From the NCBI GenBank assembly GCA_003971905.1, contig RSEE01000029.1, forward strand, positions 434,001 through 498,000: a stretch of DNA of 64,000 nt, written 5' to 3'. This DNA comes from Moniliella sp. 'wahieum'. Lineage: Eukaryota. Position numbers and translations under genes: made by a program. Shown in pieces: positions 12,740 through 24,519 of this stretch. The first letter of the stretch is position 1. Each line of letters opens with the position of its first letter. The notes below the pieces were generated by a model. It ran no database searches. It worked only from the letters and a program-made list of their open reading frames with translations, and was not told the origin of the DNA.

Positions 12740-14831
12740 AACATTGAATTATTGATGAACTCACGTTCAGCTCAGGACTCAGGCCTCTGAGCTACGCAGT
12801 CTGGGGTCCGCAGGAGGAAGAGGAAGGGGGAGGAGGAGGGGAGGCCTGAGCAGGGAGGAGTGGCAGGCTTGCTTGTGGGGTCTAAGGTATTGGGTACGAT
12901 TAGAGATCGGCAAATTGCGCCGCAGCTTGGCGCACCAACTTGGTCTGAGTGGACGGGACAAGGGCCATTGGGCCTGGGGGGGGGAATGGACTGGTCTATA
13001 ACAAGGCGGAATGGGATGGGGTGAGCGTGGCTGGATCAAACCAAGGAAGAAAAGCGACGAGGGGCGGAGGGAGCGGGATTAGGGGACAGGACGTACTCAA
13101 TCATCTCAAACAGAGCCAACCACGATGACCTGGGCCACTTGTACGGTTGCTCCAGCTCGTGCACACGGACCACTACGCCACCCACATCGAGCGCAGCTTG
13201 TTGGCCATCTGTCAGGCCGCGCTTTGGTCTCGCTTCCCCGCCCGAGGGAAGAAAGGTAGAGATAGGAACCCAGAAGTAGAGCCAGGGCGAGGGATGGGTG
13301 TCTCGTGCAGAACTGTCTCGCTCCGGCACGCTGCCTCGCCGTCGGACTTCTCCTGCTCTGTCTGTAGAGGTAGGAACAAGAGGAGAGGGGGGCTGTACAC
13401 GCGCGTGCGCATGATCTTGGCCGGGTTATGGTTTAGGTTTTGGTCCTGGTCCTGGTCTTGGTCCTGGTCTTGGTTTTGGTCGGAGTGCTGCCGCTCGGCC
13501 TGGCGCTTGGCCATGCGGGCCTTTCGTTGCCACCACTTTTCGCGTTCGCGATCGATCGCCAGCGTGCCCTGAATGGATTGTTTCCAGGTCATCCACAACA
13601 AAGCTACCAAACCCCCCATCACCGTTCGGTCAGCATTCTCTCGCGCCCCGCCCCGGTTCCCCCAGCGCCCGAACCAACCACGTACCCAACGCAATCGTAC
13701 TGAGCATCACGCCAAAGAAGAGCACAACAAGGGGAAAGATGGTATAGGGCCGAGTGGGGTTCGTCTGGTTGAGCAGTTTCTGGGCTTGAACCAACGCTCC
13801 CCCGTAACGCAACGTAGGTCCTCCAAGCCACGTCCATCGCTTGGCCCACCACAGTTCCTCCATCCTCCCATCGGTCCAGGCAAACGTTCCAATCGCCCGC
13901 GTTTGCTCCAGCGCGTACCGCCCCATCACAGGTACAAGGAACAGTAGCAGCGCAGGTGCACTCACGAGAAACAGGAGGAAACTCCCCATGTGTGTTTGGC
14001 CACAATGTCATGGTCAAACTGCGCGCAATGGATCACGTCAGATTAGATCAGGTCGAGGAAGTAGGTAGGTAGGTAGGTAGGTAGGTAGGGTAGGATAGGA
14101 TAGGAGGCAGCAGGGCAGGTTAGAACGTACCAAAGGACAGTGATGGTCCAGGCCGAACCGGCACGTTTGACAGTCTCCACAATGCCGTGTTCTGCTCTCA
14201 AAACAAAACAAAAGGTAAGATGGTGAGTACATGGTGCGCAGCACGAACCCACAAAGAGACACGGGGAAAGGAAGGGTAGCTAAAACCCACCGGGCTGGTT
14301 TCCATCGACCTTGGCACCCGTCCCGAACAACGGGGCAGACTGCCGTCGGGCTCGCACTGATGAATCATGTGTTTGCGCACCGCTTCAAACCCATCCTCGT
14401 CCGCCGGCGCCGGCAAGGAATCCCGAAAGCGAAGCGGGAAAAACGTACGTCTCACCCACCGTACCCACGCCCACGGCGACCGCGGCACAGCCGTATCGGG
14501 ATCACAGTCAGCCTCCACAGGCGGCAGGGGCGTCGCACGTGCTCGCGCCCAATATACCCGCGCATAGCTCGACACGGTCAGCAGTAACCAGAAGTTGATG
14601 TAGGTGAGGCGGAGTACGTTGGGTCCCAAGGTGCGGGGGGGATTGGGCGGGTGCAGGAGGTACCGCACTACGCACCGGTACGCTGTGCTGCGACCGTGTG
14701 GCCGCGTGAGAGCGTAGCGGGTACGCAAGGTGGACAGGATACAAGGTACGGGAGATGGTCATGGTCATGGTCATGGTCAGCGTTGCGGTGCTCTGACCGC
14801 GGGAAGGGGGGGGGTTCAACCTACACGCCAT
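12740..14831 (-). CDS. DHHC palmitoyltransferase (zf-DHHC), multi-exon, frameshifted
   Basis: IHQCEPDGSLPRC..., RTRHCGDCQTCRFGLDHHCPL and hydrophobic segments. Introns with GTACGT donors are present. Ends are approximate. Confidence 0.8.
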
Positions 14832-16289
14832 AGACCACCAGCAAGGACGGGATCAGCTTGCCTGCCCACCAGTTGAGACGCGCCAGACGTGACTTGGCGC
14901 CCATCCGCGGGCCAGCGAGGGAGTGGCCAGGGCCGATCATACGTGCCACTGCGGCGGGGGGCAGAGGAGTGCGAGGCTAGTAGTGTGTGCTGCCCGATGT
15001 GGATCGCTGGCGCCTGGCGTGGCCGAGTGCTCCGAGTCCCGAGTGGGGCTGCGCCCATGCGGAATTTCAAGCGGGTCGCGCAGGCTGGTCAGGTGACCGG
15101 GGGTGGGCTGTGATGAACGTGTGATTCACCATTCGTGCTGGTGGACGCAGGGGATGACGTCAGCACTGTTACTCGCGCCTGCAGGCGTCTGCCGTCTGCG
15201 TGTGTTGGACATACATAGGGTTACGCTTATCCAGTCTCGATTATCTCGAGTATCGTGCATCAGTAATCAGTGCATCAGCCATCAGTGCATCAGCCATCAG
15301 CTGATGGCTCAGCCTGATTGCTGAGCTGAGCCTGAGATGCGTCTGCTTCCACCCTGGTTCGGTTGTGCTCCTGTCCTGTTTGACTGGTGGTAGTTGGTAG
15401 GCACTAGGGAGGAAGATGCAGGATCGATGACGTCGAAGCCGCCGCGGACGCAGACCCAGCGCCCAGCGGTTGCCCCGTGCTAGTACTTACACTGGCCTCG
15501 TGCCTGCGCTCCCTTTGGTCCGCTTTTTTTTTTTACGAAGTTCAGACTTGAAGTTCTGTAGCTTGCTCCATTCCCAGAACCCGCCAGACAGACCCAAGGC
15601 GCAAGCCATCCAATGGCCCACCCGTGTGCCCCCCTTTCACACCAGTGCCCTTTAAGTACCACCCGCACACCCCATAGCGGCAGCCACATGCGCGTCATGA
15701 CGACGCGCATGACGCAACTAGAGTGCTGCCCTCGGCCTCAGCGTCACCGACCATAGCGACCATCGACCATCGCTCATCGATCTATCTGCTTTGCTGCCCA
15801 ATGGCCTCTCACTGCAATGCGGTCATTCATGACGTCGACGCAATCCTCCCTCCTGTTGGGCTCAGCCTAACCCATCCCTCTGTTCTGTGCTCCGGCAGAA
15901 CCCCACTCTGCATCATCGACATCATCGACATCATCGAGCATCATCTTCAAGCAGCCCTCGCATCGTCTCGCACCAATTGCTCTGCGCATCCCCCGCGCGC
16001 ACTGAACGCACACCCCAGCCTCAGGCCTGAGGCTGCGCGCCTGTGCGCACACACTAATGCAGTGCAGTTTTTTGCGTTTTGTGATTAGGGCAATATAATC
16101 CACTTGGGCGCCGCTCAGCCACTCAGCACGCCGCACCCGAAATGGCTTGGATCAAACTCCCCAAATCCATATGCACTCACTGGCACATACCCAGCATACC
16201 CAGCACAGGGTCTCCGCTTCCTCTCCACACACCATCCACCACCTCCCCAATCCTTGCCCCACCAGAAGCCGCCCGGCCGCTCCTGCTCC

Positions 16290-17072
16290 ATGCGTGCTCT
16301 CTCCCCGGCACCGTTCTTACCGTTGCGGCCGTCTTCCTCCTTCTCTCGGTGGCCCTCCCTGCTGTGCTTGCCCAGGACGAGTACGGGTCGTCGACATGGA
16401 CCTCTCGTGGCTATACCTGGACCGCCTCCTTGGATGAAGATGGCGACCCGGTTCATCCTGGCGTTGCGCATCTCTCCACCACCACTTCCTTGATCTCCTC
16501 CCCTTCCGCCTTATCCTCCCCTTCCTCCGTATCTCTTGCCTGGTCCCAGACGCGCACCCGCGGTGGCCACACCGTCGTAATTGGGTACGACGATGATGAC
16601 GATCCAGTCGAGACCAGCACCCTGGTGGCGTCCTCCCATGCCCATGCGCCCACACCACAAAGCCTATTCCAACCGTGCCTGCTGCAACCCCCACCACATC
16701 GACCTCTTCCTCGATCAGCTTCACTACCATCTCGGCCCATTACCAGTCCATCTCGGGCTACTGGCCACCCAAGGCGTCCGCCGTACCCCTCCCCACCGGC
16801 TACACCTCCGGCGGCATCCTCGCCTGAGTCAAATCCCAGGCTACAATGGCGCAATCACCAGTAGCGATCTCTCCTATGCGTCAGGTCGTCCCATTTACGG
16901 AGGTAGCCGTCGGCTCCTCGTGCCCAACCCACAATCGCTGCTCGTGCTCTTGTCGCCCCTCCTGGTCGCGCTGCCGCCAAGTGAGTTGGCGCTAGTTTTG
17001 ATCATCTTCCCTTTTTTCCCTTTCCCTCTCCAATCGGTTGTCATGTGCATATCCAGTTGTTCAGTCGAGTAA
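16290..17072 (+). CDS. Small secreted Ser/Thr-rich protein, possibly GPI-anchored
   Basis: Signal-like VLTVAAVFLLLSVALPAVLA|QDE, an S/T-rich body and a hydrophobic C-terminal SLLVLLSPLLVALP. Frameshifted. Confidence 0.5.
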
Positions 17073-17474
17073 CGTCCCCACTGCCTTTGGAAACGGTCTT
17101 GACCCCGCCCCCCACCACCCCCCCACCCTCCATCCTATCTCGCGCATGTTTTTTCTTCAAAAAGGTCCCCTTCTCCTTTGTTTTGTTTATCTTCACTTGT
17201 TCACTTGGTTCTCGTTTGTTTTACCCCCCATCCCTCCCCTCCCATCGCACTGCCCTTTCTGCTACGATATTATGCATTATGGAAGATATGGGACGCTTTT
17301 TACATAGCGCAAATGCAAATGCAGTGGAAGAGCGTTTCCTACTAGCCTTCCCTGGGCCACGTAGCACTCCGGGCAGAGACAATCAATAAGTGGCAACACA
17401 TGGCAGGGGAAATGGGACGGGCAGTGGGACAAGCGAGCAGCCAAGCCGCTCCCAACGATCCCATGGTTCCTCCC

Positions 17475-18394
17475 TTAGAACCAATAGCTCAGAATCGCAA
17501 TCGTGCCCAACCCCAACCCAATCCCACAATCGCCGAGTCGCGTCGGCGACGTCGATTGATCAGCGTGATGACCTTGTCGATCCCAGGCATTTGCGCAGCC
17601 GTCTGGCCTAACCGCGCCACAGCTCCACTCATGGTTTCCCGCTGCGCCACCAAATCGTCTCGTACCGCGTAGGCAGCTTGGGTCGCCTCGTCCAACATCC
17701 GGCCCGAGTTGTCCAGCCTGCCTCGATCGGCAAGGTGATGCGACGCATCGTCAGTTGCCGTTGCGGTACGACCTGACAAGGCAAGTGGCGATTGCGTGTC
17801 AGCGAGGCGGATGGATGGAGGCCTAAAGACAGAAGAAAAAAAGGGGGGGGGGACGTACTGAATGTCAGAACGGACATTCCCGAGCAAATCGCGTTTGGCT
17901 TGCGCATCGCGCAAGTTGCTGTGCAGCCGCCCATACTCGGTTTCCAAATCGCGCAGCACTTCTCTGTGTCGCCGTAAGGCAGCTTGGACCGGGACCGAAC
18001 TGAGGCCTCTCCCATCCCGATCCGCCATCTCCTCCATCCGCTCCACCGCACCGGCCAACTCCGATAACAACGTCTCCATCTCCGTTTCGTCATCCGCAAT
18101 CTCCGCTGCTTCCTCCTGTGCTGCTCGTGCCGCCGCCCCACCCACACTCATATCCAACACCACATCATCTTCTTCCCCCGTCGCGGTATACCCCGCCCCA
18201 CTAGCCCCGCTCAAAAGCGGATACGCGCCGTACCCACTTCGTCGCAGCCGTCCACTCGCGGCACCAGTGGCAGAATGGCCCGAGGCAACGCGCGTCGCTA
18301 GACCACTGTACAGAGCTAACTTGGCATCCAGCGACGTCTCCAGCACCCGGATCCGGCGCCGCAGAGCTTCCCACTCGGGATTGGAGCTGGTCAT
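17475..18394 (-). CDS. GOS1: Golgi SNARE Gos1/GOSR1
   Basis: WEALRRRIRVLETSLDAKLALYS, LRRHREVLRDLETEY, QMPGIDKVITLINRRRRRDSAIVG plus a C-terminal TM segment. Intron at 17773-17858. Confidence 0.88.
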
Positions 18395-18815
18395 GCGCGG
18401 CGGGGGAACGAGACAGAGCAAAGGGAACACACTTAAGGACTTGGACGAGGTACAACACACAGAGCCAACCCAGGCAAGTAAGAAGGGCGATGGCGGTGAC
18501 GGTAGCGGTAGCGGTGGCGATGGCGATGGCGATGGCGATGGTGGACAGAAAACTGCCTGTGGCGCAGGGCGGACCGGGTCAAAGGCCAGGCAGGCTCCAC
18601 GTCGCCTCCGTCTCCCAGCGCAAAGCCTCAGGCTGATGCGCTCCTGCCCCAGATCGACGCCATGGCTGCAATTGAAATTGAACATCTCCTTCGTCCCGCT
18701 GACAAGGCGGGATTACCTAATGCCCGGGGCAGACCACCTCGTTTACCTTTTGCGTTTGCGTTTGCTTGCCTTGTTGCCTTGCCGCTTCACTCGTCCACCT
18801 CGCTCGCTCCCCACC

Positions 18816-19824
18816 ATGCCGCCATCACGCAAGCGCTCCTCACCCGCTCCTACCTCATCCGCACCTCCACCAAAACGGAAAGCGTCTCGCTCTCCGGACG
18901 AGGAGCCTCCCCTTCCGGATGAGGAGCCTCCCCTTCCGGATGAGGAGCCTCCCCTTCCGGACGAGGAGCCTCCCCTTCCGGACGAGGAGCCTCCCCTTCC
19001 GGACGAGGAGCCTCCGCTGCCGGATGAGGAGCCTCCGCTGCCGGATGAGCAACCACCACTACCGGACGAACAGCCTCCGCTTCCGGAAGAGGAACCCCCG
19101 CTGCCTAGCCATGACACCTTCTCTTCGACTCGGGAGCTTTCCTCCACCGATGCCGAGGCTCAGGCAGCGGGTCAAGCTGCTACCGCAGCCGGGTGGCGAG
19201 CAGGTACGTTTTGTTGTTGTTGTCTCTTCTCGATGAAGCGAGTGATGAATCATATTAACCCTGCTGTACCCGTGCTATGCCATACCAGTTTGGGATCCAT
19301 CGGCGGGGGCATACTATCACTGGAATGCCCATACCAACGAGACGACCTGGACTGTACCGCATACGAACCCTGCATCTGCTGGAGTACGCACCACGTCAGA
19401 CAGCACTCTTACAACTCAACCCCAACTTCAACCTCAAGATGACCATTCCCTCCTCTCACAATCCACTTCCTCCGCCTACCCTCAGGAGGTAGATCCCGAC
19501 TTGGCCTATCTCGATCCAGGCACGTACGATCCAGCCATCGCTGCAGCGCGGGGGGCATCGGCGTATGGCGCGCTATGGGCGCGTACCCAGGCGCATGGAC
19601 CTGAAGGTCCCAAGGATGCTATGGAGAACGATAAGGTGTACGATCCATCCCAGTTGGCCCAGCGGGCACGAGACCAAGTGTATGCCCAGGGAGCCAGCGG
19701 TGGCGCCGCTGTTCAACGGTCTGCTCATGACGTCCATCGCCATCCGACCAAAAAGCAAGTCAAAGAATTTCAGGCACGCAAACGGGCGCGCAAAGCGGCC
19801 AACCAGGCGTGGCTACGTGACTAG
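18816..19824 (+). CDS. WW-domain protein with an N-terminal (PDEEPPL)n repeat
   Basis: Splicing the 19204-19288 intron gives GWRA-VWDPSAGAYYHWNAHTNETTWTVP (WW). The basic C-terminus is HPTKKQVKEFQARKRARKAANQAWLRD. Confidence 0.75.
18894..19107 (+). repeat. 21-bp coding minisatellite (CCGGACGAGGAGCCTCCCCTT)n, about 10 copies
   Basis: The tandem units are directly visible and encode PDEEPPL. Confidence 0.92.
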
Positions 19825-20515
19825 CACCTCGTCACACCATGCTGGCACCAGCTTTAGTCACAGCCTCGATGAGAGGTGAGGGTTGCCACAGAGAAGGTCC
19901 AGAAACCTAATTGCCACACGAATGAACCGAATGGGGGGGACCTCTTGTATCAACTGTTACATGCCAACTACCAACGCTCTACTCGCACAGATGAGCAGAC
20001 CAGGAGCGCAGGGGGGTTCCTTTGGAAGGAGCATGCATATGCTTCTACCTCGGTCCTCTTCTCGGGGAGGGGATACACCAGTACCCCACACCATCTCGCG
20101 AACTTGTTCTGTGTGACGCTCGTGACCGATTCGACGGGGACGCTGCCGACCCGGCTGTTAGTTACCAAGGCTCGAAGCGCAAGCTGCCTTCCCCATTCCG
20201 CTGCATCCGCACTGGGGACCTCGGGCCATATGAGCAGCGAGTAAGAGATATTAGCACCCACTTGTGCAAGGGCGCATCGGCTCTGCTCCGCTTTGCCCAA
20301 ACGCTATTATTTGCAGCGACGTGAGCGAGGGAGGAGGGGAGGAGGGGGGAGTGACTGGTGTGGGCATGGGACCCAATGAGAACGTTTATGGACGCAATCG
20401 AGCACTGGACATAGATCAGCCGTGGGGAGGATAGGTCGCCGTCGATGGATGGGGGTGTTATCATGGCAATCACGTGACCCCAATCTGGGTGCTGTTTAAA
20501 TTGCACACGCGGGGA

Positions 20516-22105
20516 GATGAAACTTTCACGCTGCTCGCTTCTCTGGGTGGATGCGCTCGCCGCCACCATCTCCCCCAGCTGGGGGGGAGGCTCCCGCTGT
20601 CCCGGTTACGATCGAGAGGATGGGCGCCCACCCCTCGAGCCCGCGTCCGGTGCCGCCGACGACCGTTACCACCATCGAGCTGCTGAACCCGTCCTGCTCT
20701 CCCGCGGCTGCCCATCGAGGTGCGCATGGCCGTGTACCGCGCCCTCACCCAGCTCGCCCGTCCCGCTGGCTGCGCACCCAGCTGGCCTGCACCGAGCGCG
20801 CAGCTGCCGAGGTTGTCCGCGCCCATCTCTTTCAGCATGTGGTCACGACCAGTGTCGCGCGTCTCCGCCGCTGGTCCCTCGCCGCTGCCACGATGCAGCC
20901 CGAGACGCTGTACCAGACCCGGTGCCTTGTCTGCCTGGCGGACCTCTGCCTTCTCGGCAGACGAACGGCGCAAGGCGAGAGGTAGTGCGTTGTTTGATCA
21001 TCTGGCTGGGCCTCGAAGGCTGGCCCAGGCGGTGGACCTCGTCCCTTTCAATCGTCTTCCCCGCGTTGAAACGCTTGTTTTGCAAGCGCCTCCTCCCTTC
21101 CCGCTCCGGACACTGCATCACCTTGTCTTTAGCACCGAGCTGAGCGGGATCGGGTGCGGCGACCGTCTCTGGGACGAAAGGTGGGTGAGCCTGACGCATC
21201 TCCATCTGATTGGTCCGAGGATGGTGTTGGGTCCGGGCTCGTTGCACGCGATGGGCCACTTGCCGCAGTTGGATCACTTGGTTCTGTCTCTTCCTGGCTT
21301 GAAAAGCGGGTGGTCCCCCACCGACCTACTCACCACCCTCCTGGCCCTCGTTAAGGACGGGGCTTTTCCCTGTCTACAGCAACTCACCTTGGTCCTCCAT
21401 CGTAAATCAGATTTTGTTGGTTCGGCCACACGCTGGCTCGATGCCGTCCCGCCCGTGGTGGCGTTGGCAGAATGGAGGTTTGCCCGCTACCTACGACAAG
21501 CAGAGGATGGAGAAGAGGAAAATCAGATTGAGTCTCTAATCTGCCTCTGTCTTCTTCTTCCACGTTGGGCTCCACACGTTCCTTGACCCTTCGACTTGTC
21601 ATCCTCCCCGATCAAGGAGAGGGAATAGGGTACTACAATCGCTACCTTTTCGCCCGCGCAGCCAAGGGTGCTGCCACTCACTTTGGACACGGAGAGGTGG
21701 AGGACGAGTGGGGAATCTTCCCTGAAGTACAGGAATGGACGCTTCCCATTCGCGTCTTGCCCTTACGCCCGGTACGGCAGGCGGGAAGAAACTGTCGCAG
21801 CGAACGAAACTAATGAACCCAGCGAAGGAACAACAGGGGATAGGAGGGCCAGTTCGCCGGCTCACGCTTCCTTTGGGGTCGAGGTGGCCGAGGCACAAGC
21901 TACCGAGTGGGTGGTGAACCCCATTCTCCTTCAGCAGCTTGAGGGTACCCGTCAACGACCCCCACCTACTGTGCCTCTCAGGCCGATCCAGCCTATGCAG
22001 CTCGACCCAGACCTGGGCCTGGGCTACGCATTGGCACGTATGACCGCCGCCCCGCCCCCGGACCCAACGTTGGCCCAGCTCGAACTCGAACTCGATCTCG
22101 CTTGA
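20516..22105 (+). CDS. Hypothetical F-box/LRR-like protein, frameshifted
   Basis: F-box-like QL(P)AEVVRAHLFQHV at ~20800 and LRR-like segments LTHLHLIG, LPQLDHLVLSL, FPCLQQLTLVL. Chained ORFs end at 22105. Confidence 0.45.
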
Positions 22106-22149
22106 AACAATTGGTGGTACGGTAGAATCGAGATGAATTCGACCCGAGT

Positions 22150-23923
22150 TTAGTCTACCAGACTGCCATGGTATTGAGGTGCGTGCTTCGTAGTGGTGGT
22201 GTGGGAAGAACGTTTCTTGCCCTCCTTCGGCTTGGATGCCGCTTTGTCCTTCTGGGCCTTTGGGGCCTTTTTGGCGGTCTTGCCTTCTTCCCGTCGTCAT
22301 TTTCGTCCCAGCAGCTTTGCTGCCCTGTCCCATCTCTGACTTTGCCGCCTTTTTCATTCGTTTCCGCTCCTTTCTCCGCTCTTCACGCGTGCTCTTCGAA
22401 GCCTCGGTGCCACCCTCGGATACAAGAGGAGTATGGGTCCCGGATGAAGGGGCACTCGTGCTGCTCCTGTTACCGTTTGCCCGCGCTGTGTCCAGGCCAA
22501 ACGTGAATGCAAATGCCTCGTTCTTGCCAAACTCGGGCGCACCGGCCGGGGTACCCCCAGTCTTGCCTCGAGAAGGCGGGGCCTTGGAAACACCCCGATC
22601 TTTCCCCATCGGTCCTTGCTTCGGCGGAGGGGGTTGGTGCCGTTTGGTCCCGGTAGGTCGGTGTTTTGCTTCCCGCGACGGATCCGCCTGCTGCGCCTTG
22701 GCCCGCTTCCTTTCGGGCCCATCTTCCCTCTTCTTCGACGCCTCCTCCTTTTCCCCATAGTCCAGTCCACCCCTTCCCATTCCGGAGCGAGGCGCATCCA
22801 AGTCCATTCTGCGCCCTAGCTCGGATCCCGGCCACCGGGAAGACCGAGGTGCGTCGCCCCGTCCCCGGTCGCCCCGTGGGTACGAGTAGGGTACACGTCC
22901 TTCCACCCGTGCCCCCAGCCGGTCTTGCAGCAGCGTTCCAGGCTTCCCTTCTGCCCTCGGGGCCGTGCGCATGCGCTTGCGCCCCATGTACTCGTTCACC
23001 ACACGATCCATCTCGTGCAATGCGGCACGTTCGTCCTGGTAGATTGAAGGGGCGAGTTTCGGTGGCGGCGGCAGAAAGGAAGTAAAGGGACCGGTACGAC
23101 TGCCCACTTCGCTCCAGACCGTTCGGTCGCTCAGCGGAATCCGACGCGGTTCGGGACAATCGTCCCCCCAATGGTTGCCCCGTGCCGCGCAGTTGTAACA
23201 CCACCTCGTGGCTGGGTCCCACTCGGGTGGCGGCACCGCCCGCTCTTGTCCATCAGGAGCAAGCCCTTCCTCAGCAAACAACGCTTCTCGTTCTTCCTCC
23301 ACCTCTTCCTCATCAAAGTAGGTGTAGATGCGCCAGAGGGTGGGACAGGCGGTGGCAGTATGGTGGAGCGATTGACAACGCGAACACAAGTTCCGACGCG
23401 GTCCACGGTACGTGCAATCGCGGATCCGGTGGCCTGCCAAGCCGCACTTGTGACATACAATGCCCATGGTACAGTCGCGTGTGCTGTGCTCGTCGACCGC
23501 ACCACAGGTAAGACAGCGTTGGTGCGGACACTTTTTCATCATGTGACCTTCTTCGCCACAAGCCGCACAACGCGCCACTGGTCGTCGCTCCGTCTCGGAC
23601 GCTTGTTCGTCCGAGTCGTAGTACCGCTCCCCATCCTCTTCCGCTGGCCCTGCTTCCAACTCCTTTGTCACACGCGCATTCTCAGGAAGGAGGAGACCCT
23701 GAGGCGCGGCATCAGCATCAGCCTCCTCGCGACCGGCGTCCGATGCAGCACGCTCGGGATCGTGATGCAGAAACGAGAGGCTGGGGGGAGGGGGCAAATG
23801 CGCATCGGCCGCGAACAACTGGTCGCCCTGCGTGTCAAGAATGAATCCCTGGGACTCGTTGCTGTCGATGTGGAAGAGCACCTCGTCGCACTCGGGCGAG
23901 GAAGAGGGGGAGCGAGACGCCAT
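22150..23923 (-). CDS. Air1/Air2-like CCHC zinc-knuckle protein (TRAMP component)
   Basis: Five CCHC knuckles (CAACGEEGHMMKKC, CLTCGAVDEHSTRDC, CHKCGLAGHRIRDC, CSRCQSLHHTATAC, CYNCAARGNHWGDDC) and the PTLWRIY motif. The likely stop is at 22150 after a frameshift. Confidence 0.85.
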
Positions 23924-24519
23924 CTGCGTACTTCCCAGGTCAGATGGGTCTAGGAACTAGCAGTAGAGCTGGTGGGTTGGTTGCCGCTATGAGGTTTCGC
24001 TATTCCAAAAAAAAAACTGTCGTGGGGCTGAGAGCGGAATTAGGATTCCGCTTTCCATCTATCTGCTAGTTGATGCGTTGATGTGATAAGCGCTCAGGCT
24101 GAGCACAGCTCAGCAGGAGCTGTCTGGAGGAAAGAAGGCGGGGAGCAGGCCCTGTGGACGAGTATATATCGCGGAGGGAAGACAAACAAGAATTGCAAAG
24201 GAGGGAAGATCCTCACAGCAGATCAAGCGCATGGAAGGGACGGAGAGGGGAGAGGGGAGAAGATGAGAGGAGGGAAGGGAAGGAGAGGAAAGGAAAGGAA
24301 AGGAAAGGAGAGGGGAGGGGAAGTCCTCACGTCCTCGCCCGGGCAGAGGGTGAGGTGAGGGAATAAGCACAGTCCATTAGCCAAGGCGTTGCCATCCACA
24401 GAGGCCGCTCACGGGTCTGCCTGGAGCGTAGCTGAGCGTCTGCTAAGCACCAGCAGCCGCTTTCCAAAATGAAGGACCGAGCCCCACGTACCACAGCATC
24501 CATAGCGAGCGTCCAGGAC

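Noticed and set aside
17862..18815. N-terminal half of the 526-aa + strand ORF
   Set aside because: It is the antisense shadow of GOS1. The real WW gene starts at ~18816.
21599..22150. C-terminal extension of the 774-aa Air1/2 ORF overlapping the convergent gene
   Set aside because: It is probably frameshift read-through. An alternative frame ends PQYHGSLVD* at 22150 without overlap.
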